Positions 11,901-23,880 of a stretch of 64,000 bases of DNA are shown in pieces. This DNA is from Neocallimastix sp. 'constans' (taxonomy: Eukaryota): positions 930,001-994,000 of the forward strand of contig JBODTK010000011.1 in NCBI GenBank assembly GCA_050613775.1, read 5' to 3'. How positions within the stretch are numbered: position 1 is the stretch's first letter; the number at the start of each line of letters is the position of its first letter. Made by a program: the position numbers and the translations under genes. Under the pieces are notes generated by a model that ran no database searches, was not told the origin of the DNA, and saw nothing but the letters and a program-made list of their open reading frames with translations.

Positions 11901-12844
11901 ATTAGATAATTGATTAATAATATTTTTATTATCTTTGTAAAGTGTATAAAGTTTTTTTTGTAAGTCCTTGTTATATTCATTAAAATCTTCTTTTAATAAA
12001 AAACTATCATTAACAGAAGAAGCCAATTCGGATACAGTAACTTGGGCGTCAGACCTTAATTTATTAACTTCTGACATTGGAGCAATGTCAGCCCATACAT
12101 TATTGTAAAAAGACATATTTAAGTAGTAACCAAAACTAGGGTAAGGTTATTGTTAAAATTAAGATATAAAATAGCTTTATAATTACTAACGTTACTAGGT
12201 TAATATGTTGAATTATATATTAATAATTCAACAATAATTAATTAATAATAAAATAATAATTAAAATAAAATAAGTTAAATAATTAATTTATTTAAACACT
12301 TAATATTTAATGAATAATTTAAACAATAATTTATTTGAAGATTTACGAAATATTTATTTATTTAAAAGTTGAATTATTAGTATATAATTATTGTAACACA
12401 ATAACCTTACAAAGAACATAAAAGATAGATTTTTACATCTTTCTTTTATACTTTGTAAGTTACATAATAATAGTATTTAATTATAAGATAATAATATAGT
12501 AAAATGAATATTAATAAAATATTAAAATAATAACAATATCGATATGTTTAAAATATTTAATATAATTAAATAAATTTAATTTGTATAATTAATTTGAATA
12601 ATTAAAAATAGTAATTAATATATATGATATAAACATATATATAAACATAATAAATACATGTGACGTCATATGTAAATAATTGAAATTATTAATATAAATC
12701 TTATTTATTAATATTCTCAGAATTATTAGGCCTAAGATAATTCTTTAAATATTAAATAAGAATTTATATTAATTATTAATTAAATGTATATTGAAATATG
12801 AATAACTGAAATTGAGATTTCAATTCAGTTATATAATTTCAACA
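8926..12844 (-). mobile_element. Defective gag-only LTR element with mismatched LTRs (G-type 8926-9550; G'-type 12151-12844), nested in the J LTR
   Basis: TSD TAAAA on both sides. PPT (GGAAGGGCAT on -) beside left LTR, self-priming PBS beside right LTR, gag remnant inside. Confidence 0.8.
11090..12116 (-). pseudogene. gag: Gag pseudogene of Tf1/sushi type
   Basis: ORFs 11826-12116 and 11490-11774 are in frame across a single TAA. Motif EPGFFSGDTKETDLF...KINFIKSRLRDSA resembles B Gag PKVFSGKRNEL. Frameshift into 11090-11506. Confidence 0.72.
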
Positions 12845-12849
12845 TAAAA

Positions 12850-14047
12850 TGTAAAATTAAATTGAGTGTTTAGGTAAGATTCTTACTATATCTTTCCTAG
12901 TTTGGGTTAAATTGGTCAGGTCAAGATGTTTTTTATTAATTATAACAATTTAATTAAATTTAAATAATAAATAGCACACACAAAGTTTTATAATTAAGAT
13001 TTCAATATTTAAGATTTATGTTTTATTAGAACTTTATTTAATATATATTTTAATAATAAAATTTTAACTAAGATTAATATAAAAAATTATTTATTGTTAT
13101 AATTAATTTATTAACTTTATGTTAATACATTAAATTAAATTAATAATCTTACAAAGAATTCAAAATATGGAATTTCAAATCCTTTTTATACTAAACTAAA
13201 ATAATAATTACCAATATAATTAAATAATACATTTTAATCTTAATATATTCATACATGTATATAAACTATATAAAATATAATAATAAAATAATATTGATAA
13301 GAACCTTTTAATAAATTAACTATATAAATTATTCATAAAACAATTTAATAATAAAACTAATTTAATAATCAAATATAAAATAAAATAAAATAAAATATTA
13401 AAACTAATTAAAAATTTCTTTCGGAAATCTTTAGAATGATAAAGAATTCCTTAGAATCTTTTAGAAAATAATTGAATAAAAATATATAATAATAAAATAT
13501 ATAAAACTTATAAAACTTATTTAAAATATGATAAAACTATTACTAATAACTAATTCTGTATTTTTAATTAATAATACAAATTAATAATATAATTTCCAAG
13601 TTATGAGATTTATCTAATATAAATTTCTTAATTAATAATTTAGGGTCTTAAATAATTAAATTATATTTTTATATTTAAATATCTTTAAAGTTAAATATCT
13701 CGTTATCTAGTCGACCAATAAGGTTGATTTTAACATATGTTGTAGTTCTCGTCTGTAGCTTTCCAATGAATATAATTTTAGCGGGAAATCACAATATATT
13801 ATTTCCATTATTTGTCGTGTTGTCGTTGTTTTTCTTCATGTTATTTTTATCAAATTCTTAAGGGTTAAATTAAATTAAATTATCTTTAATAAATAAGTCC
13901 AAACCCTTTGGTTTCTAATTCTTTAATGTTTCTAATATTTATTTGTATAATTAAAATCGAATTAAAATAATTTTTGTCAATAACTAAATTAAATTTCAAT
14001 TGATCTAATAGTGAATTTTAACTTCAAATCCACTAGTATTCGTGACA
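12850..14047. mobile_element. Solo LTR-like element K (G-related), nested in the J LTR at the same site as G/G'
   Basis: TG...CA ends, TAAAA on both sides, carries ATAATCTTACAAAG motif related to G and G' LTRs. Confidence 0.68.
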
Positions 14048-14102
14048 TAAAAGAATAAACCTTAAAAGAGCCGAACCTGAACTTCGTACTTTATCAGTTG
14101 AA

Positions 14103-14776
14103 TGGTGCAGGTACACAATAAACTTCAAAAAAAATGAAAATAATATATTAGTTAATAATTTAATTTCACTTTCAGTTTTTTTTATTTTTTAACTCTTCAT
14201 TTTTTATTAAGTATTTTCTTTTTCTTTTATACTTTTTTACTACATGAATTTTATAATAATTTAAATTATTTTAATTCTTATTAGTATAATTATTACATGT
14301 GATTTTATTAATATTTTTTAAAAGTTATTTTAATAATAAAAATATTAATACTAATATAATTAATATTATCTTTAATGACAAAATATTAATAATGATAAAA
14401 TTAAAAAATTTAACAATAAAATTATTGGTAATATTTTTGATAATAATTCTTGAAACAATTTAATATTAATAATAATTAAATATAATAATAAAACAATTTA
14501 ATTAATATAAGATAATAATTATTTAATAATTAGTCATTAATCAATTTAATTAAATAATAATTTTTAAATAATTAGTCATTAATCAATTTAATAAAATAAT
14601 AATTATTTAATAATTAGTCATTAATCAATTTAATTTGATAGTTTATATAATTTTTTTAAATTAAAAATAAAATTTTGGAATTATAAAAATAGTTTAAAAT
14701 ATTTAATACATAAAGTTATTAAACTTAATTATAATTTCCAATAGTATAATATAAATTATTAGTTAGTTCCGTAACA
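14103..14776. mobile_element. Solo LTR N
   Basis: TGGTGC...GTAACA. TSD TGAA/CGA(A). Internal triple repeat ATAATTAGTCATTAATCAATTTAAT. Confidence 0.72.
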
Positions 14777-14779
14777 CGA

Positions 14780-17700
14780 CGTAAGAAACTTAGATAAATT
14801 TATTATAAAATTTATCTATCTTTCTTATTTAATACATTAATTTAATACATTAAATTATTGTATTTATTTTAACCAATAATATTTAATTATTAATTTATAT
14901 ATATTTGATTCTCTTGAGTTCTCTTCGAGAAATCAAGAGTTATTATTTTAGAATTTTTATAATAAATAATAATTCAAATAAAATAATTAATTAATAAACA
15001 AATCCCATTTTAATAAAACATATTTTATAAATATTTGTGTCTTTTATTCCTTTTGTGTTATTGTTTATTATAAACTTTCTATAATAAACTCTATCTTATA
15101 TTTAAGTTAAGTATAATTATTTATTTATATTATTTTATATTTATTTAATTATATTTAATTTTATTTTCTCAAATTAATGTTAATTAGTAATAATTAATGT
15201 TAATTTGTAGTTAAGAAATTATTTATAATTAATTTTATAAGTAATTTCTTACAATAATAACTCTTCTTTGAAAGAGAAAATTTTGGAAATAATATGTTAA
15301 AATAATAATTAAAAAAAAAAATATAAATAAATAAATTTTAAAGCAATTAAAAAACAAATTATATATAAGAATTATATTATATTATTTGCAAAACTTTTTC
15401 TTTCTAATTATATAATTTCATAATATTTATTTCATTATTGTTTACATATTTCCTTTATTTATTTTTGTTTACTTTATTAAAATAATATATACTCACCATT
15501 ATATTCTCTTTTATTTTATTTTATATATCGTCTTTTTATATAATATTATTATATTTATTTATATATAATTAAATTTATACATTATATCTTAAAAAAAAAA
15601 AAAAAATATAATAATAATAATAAAAAAAAATAAAATAAAGCAAACAAATAAACTAACAAGTAAACAAAAACAAAATAACAAAAAACAAAACAACAAAAAA
15701 CAAAACAAAACAATAAAAAACAAAATAAAAAACAAGAAAACAAAAATAAACAAAATAAATTAAATAAATAAATAAATAATTTAAAAAAGATAAGTATTTG
15801 AAATTTTTATTTTTAATAATTAAATAATTTCAAATAATAAATAATTTTAATAATAGTAATAATATAATAATAATAATTATAATAATGATAATATAAATAA
15901 TAAATAAATAAATAAATAACAAATAGTAAGTAATAAATAAATAAATAAATAAATAAATAAAATAATTGTAAATAAATAATAATTTTACATGTAGAATAGT
16001 CAACAGGTGTAACACTAACACCAATAGCAGAAGCCGTTCAATTTAGATTGAATGATAATGCTTTCTGTTAAACCATTTATTATGGTTTATTTGTTGACAA
16101 AATTATAAAATTTAATTATTTAATTTATTTACTAATATATAATTATAAAATAATAAAATAATTAATTATTAATTATATATTTAATTTCTACATATAATAT
16201 TATGAGAGTAATTCTCATATTTGTATATAAACTTATACACTAAAAAATTATAACTAAAATATAATATAAAAATTATAAAATTTTAAATTATTATTTATTT
16301 ATTTATTTAAGTAGATATACATAATATTTATAATATAAAATTATAAATTAATATTATTCATTTGTTTATTGAATAATAAAAATAAATATTATATAAAGTA
16401 AATAAACTAAAAATATGAACTTTTATTTATTTACTGTGTAATAATTAAATTATAAATTATATTTATTTATTTGTTGTATAATTATACATATAAAATATAA
16501 TATAAAAAAAAAAAAAAAAAAAAAAAAAATTATTTATTTATTTAATAAATAATACATATGTATAATTTAAATTATTACTTACTTATTCATCTAATGAATA
16601 ATATAAAGATAATTATAATATAAAATTATAAATTATTATTATTTATTTATTTAATATATATGAAAAATTATATATCATATTCATATAATTTAAAATTCAA
16701 ATTATTATTATTATTTTTATTCATTTAATGAATAATATACAATATATATATATATTGTAAAATTAATTATTATTATTATTATTTATTTATTTATTAATAC
16801 AAAATATATATAATATATAATATAAATTTATAAATTATTGTTAATTTAATTATTTATTTAAAATAAATTTTAATTCAAAATTTAAATTTCAATTTTTTAA
16901 ATTGAAATTGCAATTAAATATTTATTTTAATTTTATTTAAATTTTATTTCTTTTTAATATTTCTTAATTTATTATTTCTTAAATTGTTCTTCTTTCATTG
17001 AACAATTCAGATGAAAAGGAGCAATGTAAGAAATACAAATAAATTTATTAATAATTTATTTACATTTCTTAGTTATTAAAATTTATTTAATTTAATATTT
17101 ATTTATTCATTTAATAATATAGTCATTTTATTTAAATTTATATTTATTTATACATTTAATAATTATATTTATTTTATTTAATTTATAATTATTTATTCAC
17201 TTATATTTATATATTAGTTAGAAAACAATATTAAGGTTTTCCCAAGTTAATTGGTTTTACTTAATATTGATTCATCTAGAGTTTTTCCGCTAATCTTTTC
17301 TCTAGATGTAAAAAAGTTAAGGTTAGCAAAACTTTCAATAAATTATATAATTTTATATTTTTTTGGTTAATTATAATTTTTATTTTAAACTTACTACTTC
17401 TTTTATGATAATGAATTTATACAAATTCATTAAGTAAAGGGAGCAATGTAAGAAACTTAGATAAATTTATTATAAAATTTATCTATCTTTCTTATTTAAT
17501 ACATTAATTTAATACATTAAATTATTGTATTTATTTTAACCAATAATATTTAATTATTAATTTATATATATTTGATTCTCTTGAGTTCTCTTCGAGAAAT
17601 CAAGAGTTATTATTTTAGAATTTTTATAATAAATAATAATTAATAAAATAATTTATTTAATAAAAAGTATTTATGTATTTTGTAATTTAAAGTGTTCTTG

Positions 17701-17907
17701 AAATTTTAGTGTTATTGTTTATTATAAACTTTCTATAATAAACTCTATCTTATATTTAAGTTAAGTATAATTATTTATTTATATTATTTTATATTTATTT
17801 AATTATATTTAATTTTATTTTCTCAAATTAATGTTAATTAGTAACAATTAATGTTAATTTGTAGTTAAGAAATTATTTATAATTAATTTTATAAGTAATT
17901 TCTTACA
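14780..17907 (+). mobile_element. Non-autonomous non-coding LTR element F, empty copy (LTRs 14780-15253 and 17447-17907)
   Basis: Direct-repeat LTRs, PPT AAAGGGAGCAA, self-priming PBS ATAATAACTCTT, TSD CACGA/CACG(A). Inverted homolog at 22706-28866. Confidence 0.88.
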
Positions 17908-17911
17908 CACG

Positions 17912-18697
17912 TGGTATGGTTCATATAGTTTTTGGAATATAATAATAATTAACACAAATAATTAAATTACAATAAAAAAAAAATTTGTTTTAAAATCAAT
18001 ATTTATTTATTTAAATTTATAAAAGAAAAATAATAATATAATTATTTATTTAATAAAGGTAAGTTATTGATTATATTTTATTTCACTAAAAATTACATGT
18101 ATTTATATTTTTTTATCAAATTAAAATTTATAAAGCCTAACTATTTTTTTAATAAACTAATTACTAATTATTTTTATAAATGAAACATTTAAATTGAAAT
18201 TGAATTATTATTTTAGTTAATAATATTATTGTTATAAATAGTAGTTATATATTATTGAATTATTAATTATTTAATAATAGTTTAATATTAATATATATAA
18301 AATAAAAATAAAGAGATTATACAGAATATTTTATTGTGGTTTAGTTAAATTTAGTAATTAAAAATAAATTTAAATTGATAACGAAAATTTTAATAACTAA
18401 TTAAATAGATTTGATTATTTTCAATATAACATATTACAAAAGAAATATAATATTAATATATTAAGTGGGCAAGGACAATATTCTTGGCTAAAGATTTTTA
18501 ATACATTATAATGGAATCGGATCGATAATTCAAAAAGGAATTATAAGTTAATTGGTGATTTATTAACTTAAGATTTCTATTTAGTAATATTTGAAGAATA
18601 TTGGAAAGTTCCAATTATATAGAATAGAATAATCTATAAGGTTAGAATAATTTATATTATTCTAGCACAATTAGTATTATTTGTTCATTCTGTATTA
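17912..18697. mobile_element. Solo LTR M
   Basis: TGGTAT...TGTATTA flanked by CACG on both sides. Confidence 0.68.
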
Positions 18698-18701
18698 CAC
18701 G

Positions 18702-18939
18702 TGATAAATTTTAGAAATTATCTTAATTTTAATATAGAATTAAAAAGTGATAATTTCAATTTATTTTAATAATAACTGTATAAGTTATTTATGAATTAAA
18801 AAAAATGTTTTATTAAAAATAACACTAAAAATTTGATTTATTAGAACACTTGTTTTCTAATATTTTATTTTATAAATCTTTTATTAAAATTTATTAAACA
18901 TTATAAAATTTAAAAGTGATTATTAAAATTATAAAATTA

Positions 18940-18970
<31 letters not shown>

Positions 18971-19458
18971 TTTACATGAAATATTTACAAGTATTTATAT
19001 TTTTCTTTAAAATTAAACTATTTATAATTTATAAATAAAAAGAATAATTAAATAAAATAAAAGTAATAAAATTAATAATAAAATAAATATTTAATAATAA
19101 AATAAATAAATTTGTTTATTATAGAGATAATTAAAAATATTTTGTTATTTAAATTAATTAATTTTGTTATTATAAAAATATTATTTAATTATAAAATTAA
19201 ATATAAAAATTATTATAAAACTAATTATAAAAATTAATTATTTTATTTTAAATTTAATCTTAATATTTTTATTTTGAAAAATATATAATATTTCTTTCAT
19301 ATCTGAGTATTAATGTAATTTTTAAGTAATTTATTTGTTTTATTTAATTAATTAATTAATTAATTTTATTTTATTAAATTATTATTAAACTTGGCTAAGG
19401 TTAGTTTTGATTTTATGTATAATAAATTTTCAAGATTTATTAATTTTGTTATTTATCA
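18702..19458. mobile_element. Solo LTR O (diverged relative of family D)
   Basis: TGATAAAT...ATTTATCA perfect terminal inverted repeat, TSD CACG/CACG, right end resembles D LTR (GTTATTTATCA). Confidence 0.8.
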
Positions 19459-19462
19459 CACG

Positions 19463-20424
19463 TGGTAGACTCGGGGTTGACACGTATAGATTTAAAATCA
19501 AGCAGGAGGGACGGGTATTACCCTGCTTTGATTTTAAATAAAAAAAATTCTTTTTATTAAAAGTTATTTATTATTTATTAATATAAAAATTTATTTTTTT
19601 AAAGTACAAATATTTTTAATTTTTAAGAAATATTTACAATATTTATATTTTTTTATAAATTTAAAGTATAATTATTTGTTTATAATTTAAGTAATTTTAT
19701 AGAATTATTGAATTAATTTTATATCAATAATTCATTTCTGTTTTAATTTTTATAAATATAATAATATAATATTCAAATATAATTTAATTAAAAATTATTA
19801 TAAAATAAATATATAGAAAATAATTTTTACTATTTTCTTTGATATTTTTAAGTTAAATAGATTGTTTTTAAAGATTAATATAATAAATTTAATAATCTTT
19901 AATTATTTTAAATAATACTTGTAATTATTTTCAAAAATAAAATAAAATTTTTATAATATTTAATTAATAAATTTGATAATATTTAAATAATAAATTTTTA
20001 TAATAATTAATAATTTTTAATAATAATTTTTAATAATAAATTTAATTAATAATCTTAATAATTTTATAATAATATTTAATAGTTGTAATAAATAAATTTT
20101 TATAATAATATTTAATAATTTTAATAATTTTATAATATTAATAGTTTATAATAATTTTTATAATAATATTTAATTAATAATTTTAATAATTTAGTATCTT
20201 AAAAGTATAATTTTAATATTTACAATTGTATTTTAATATATACATATATTTAATAATATAACAATAAAGTAATTAATTAAAATTGATTTACATTATTTAC
20301 AAGTTAAAATTAATTTATATCAAAATAAATTAAATTTTATTATTAAGTTTAGGTTATCAAGAAAGTACAATTTAGTAAAGAATTATTAATAATAAAATAA
20401 AGGTTATTAATTCATTCTTTACCA
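19463..20424 (-). mobile_element. Solo LTR of family A
   Basis: Colinear with 5257-6271. Flanks CACG/CAC(G). Confidence 0.93.
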
Positions 20425-20427
20425 CAC

Positions 20428-20899
20428 TGTAAGAAATTACTTATAAAATTAATTATAAATAATTTCTTAACTACAAATTAACATTAATTATTACTAATTA
20501 ACATTAATTTGAGAAAATAAAATTAAATATAATTAAATAAATATAAAATTATATAAATAAATAATTATACTTAACTTAAATATAAGATAGAGTTTATTAT
20601 AGAAAGTTTATAATAAACAATAACACAAAAGGAATAAAAGACACAAATATTTATAAAATATGTTTTATTAAAAAAATATTTTGTTTATTTATTAATTATT
20701 TTATTGAATTATTATTTATTATAAAAATTCTAAAATAATAACTCTTGATTTCTCGAAGAGAATTCAAGAGAATCAAATATATATATTAATAATTAAATAT
20801 TATTGGTTAAAATAAATACAATAATTTAATGTATTAAATTAATGTATTAAATAAGAAAGATAGATAAATTTTATAATAAATTTATCTAAGTTTCTTACA
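20428..20899 (-). mobile_element. Solo LTR of family F
   Basis: TGTAAGAAA...TTTCTTACA, near-identical to 22706-23182. Confidence 0.92.
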
Positions 20900-20902
20900 C
20901 AC

Positions 20903-22370
20903 TGGTACAGAATTGAAGATTATTAAAAAAAAATAATATATTCTAATAATTAAAAATCTAATTTTTCACTAACAAAATAAATATTATTTTAACTATTCTA
21001 ATATAAATAACTTAAATAAATATTTTAATAAAATTTATCTCTAAATTAAAACTAAATTACCAAACAAACTAAATATTTAAACTAACCAAAATTAATTTTA
21101 TCCTTAACTATAATAAAACACAAAAACAAAACTAATCAATTTAACTAGAGAACAATTTAATTTTATTAAATTATTTATTTAATTATTTATTAATACTAAT
21201 ATTAAATATTTACTATTTCATTCTCGAAAAATTAAGAGAAAAATATAAAAATAAAGTTGAAAGAAGAGGAAGAACTAAAGTATTGTTTTACTTTGTTCTT
21301 TTTATATCTTTAAAATATTTATTTGATTGGAGTAAAAATAAAAATATAAAATATAATAAAAATATAATAACAAAAATATAATAATTTTATAATAATAAAA
21401 TATAATAAAATATAATTTTAATATAATATTTAATATAAGATAATAATAAAAATATAATAAAGTATAATAAAAATTTTATAATAAAAATATAAAATAATAA
21501 TAAATATAATTTTAATTATTTATAATAAAATATCTAATTGTTTACTATTACAATATTAAATAAATACAATTAATACATTATTTTAAATAATTTAGATATT
21601 TATATATATTTAATTTCCTTATTATATATTTTAATACTTTAGTATTTTATTCTTATTTATTTATTAATTAATCTTAATAGTTTTGTCAAGGTTTTTAGAT
21701 AATTTGGTCTTAACGATTAGGTCAAGATGCCAAATTATAGTAATTAATTAATAATTTAGTTTTACTCTTATTTCAAACATATTGTTATTAGTAAATTTTA
21801 TAATTAAGTTTTTTTTATTTAAATTATAAATTTTATTTAATCTTAATAATATTTTATTATATTATTATTTTATATAATTATTACTAGAATTTAAATTACA
21901 ATAATCCTACAAAGGATTAGTCAAAAGATTTAAACATGTATTTATATAAAATAATTAATTATTAAAATATTAATTATTAATATGAATATGTAATAATATT
22001 AATATAAGTTTGATATTGATAATATAAAGTAAGATAATAATATAAATATTTAATATAAATAAAATATAAGAATATAATATTAGCTAAATATTATATTTCA
22101 TAATTAAAATATAATATGTAGAAATTAATTTAATGACAATAACGTGTTTATATTATTCAATATATATTAATTTCAATATGTTAATAATATTTAGTAATTA
22201 GTTGGCTTAGACTAATTCCTAAATATTTTAAAAATTATTATTATATTATTAATTATTAATATTGAAATTCAAATAACTGAATTATTGAAATTGAAATTGA
22301 AATTCAGTTATTATCTTAACATTTTATTTAATTTTTTATTTATTTTTTATTTATTATTTGTATCGTAACA
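20903..22370. mobile_element. Solo LTR I, interrupted by a G LTR
   Basis: TGGTAC...GTAACA, TSD ACAC/ACAC. Confidence 0.72.
21684..22321 (-). mobile_element. Solo LTR of family G nested in I
   Basis: Colinear with 8926-9550. TSD imperfect. Confidence 0.9.
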
Positions 22371-22375
22371 ACACG

Positions 22376-22701
22376 TATTTAATATTAATAAAAGAAATTA
22401 ATAAGAATATTTAATAATAATTTTTATTATATTTAATGTTAATAAAAGAATTTATAAGAATATTTAATAATAATTTTTATTATATTTAATATTAATAAAA
22501 GAAATTTATAAGAATATTTAATAATAATTTTTATTATATTTGATATTAATAAAGGAAATTAATAAGAATATTTAATAATAATTTTTATTATATTTGATAT
22601 TAATAAAAGATTTTAATAAGAATATTTAATAATAATTTTATTTTATTATTATTAAGAGTATTTAATAGGAAATACAAGGTATTTAGTGACACCCCGTATC
22701 A
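22376..22701. mobile_element. Short LTR-like unit H, mostly ~54-bp tandem repeats
   Basis: CACG on both sides, ends CGTATCA, about 4.7 copies of TATTTAATATTAATAAAAGAAATTAATAAGAATATTTAATAATAATTTTTATTA. Confidence 0.6.
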
Positions 22702-23880
22702 CACGTGTAAGAAATTACTTATAAAATTAATTATAAATAATTTCTTAACTACAAATTAACATTAATTATTACTAATTAACATTAATTTGAGAAAATAAAA
22801 TTAAATATAAATAAATAAATATAAAATAATATAAATAAATAATTATACTTAACTTAAATATAAGATAGAGTTTATTATAGAAAGTTTATAATAAACAATA
22901 ACACAAAAGGAATAAAAGACACAAATATTTATAAAATATGTTTTATTAAAATGGGATTTGTTTATTAATTAATTATTTTATTTGAATTATTATTTATTAT
23001 AAAAATTCTAAAATAATAACTCTTGATTTCTCGAAGAGAACTCAAGAGAATCAAATATATATAAATTAATAATTAAATATTATTGGTTAAAATAAATACA
23101 ATAATTTAATGTATTAAATTAATGTATTAAATAAGAAAGATAGTAGATAAATTTTATAATAAATTTATCTAAGTTTCTTACATTGCTCCCTTTACTTAAT
23201 GAATTTGTATAAATTCATTATCATAAAGGAAGTAGTAAGTTTAAAATAAAAATTATAATTAACCAAAAAAATATAAAATTATATAATTTATTGAAAGTTT
23301 CGCTAACCTTAACTTTTTAACATCTAGAGAAAAGATTAGCGGAAAAACTCTAGATGAATCAATATTAAGTAAAACCAATTAACTTGGGAAAACCTTAATA
23401 TTGTTTTCTAACTAATATATAAATATAAGTGAATAAATAATTATAAATTAAATAAAATAAATATAATTATTAAGTGTATAAATGAATATAAAATTAAATA
23501 AAATGACTATATTATTAAATGAATAAATAAATATTAAATTAAATAAATTATAATAACTAAAAAATGTAAATAAATTATTAATAAATTTATTTGTATTTCT
23601 TACATTGCTCCTTTTCATTTGAATTATTCAATGAAAGAAGAACAATTTAAGAAATAATAAATTAAGAAATATTAAAAAGAAATAAAATTTAAATAAAATT
23701 AAAATAAATATTTAATTGCAATTTCAATTTAAAAAATTGAAATTTAAATTTTGAATTAAAATTTATTTTAAATAAATAATTAAATGAACAATAATTTATA
23801 AATTTATATTATATATTATATATATTTTGTATTAATAAATAAATAAATAATATTAATTAATTTTACAATATATATATATT

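Larger units (their letters stand above)
7014..14096 (+). mobile_element. Non-autonomous LTR element J (5' LTR 7014-7496; 3' LTR 8485-14096, interrupted by two insertions)
   Basis: Near-identical LTRs TGATATG...TTTATCA. PBS 7499-7517 TGGTAGAGATATCGGTTTC (iMet-type, GAAACC complement). PPT AAAGGAGGGAG at 8471. TSD GTCG/GTTG. Confidence 0.88.

Noticed and set aside
22376..22640. Regular ~54-bp repeats resembling a CRISPR array
   Set aside because: Head-to-tail units with no unique spacers, eukaryotic context, no cas genes.
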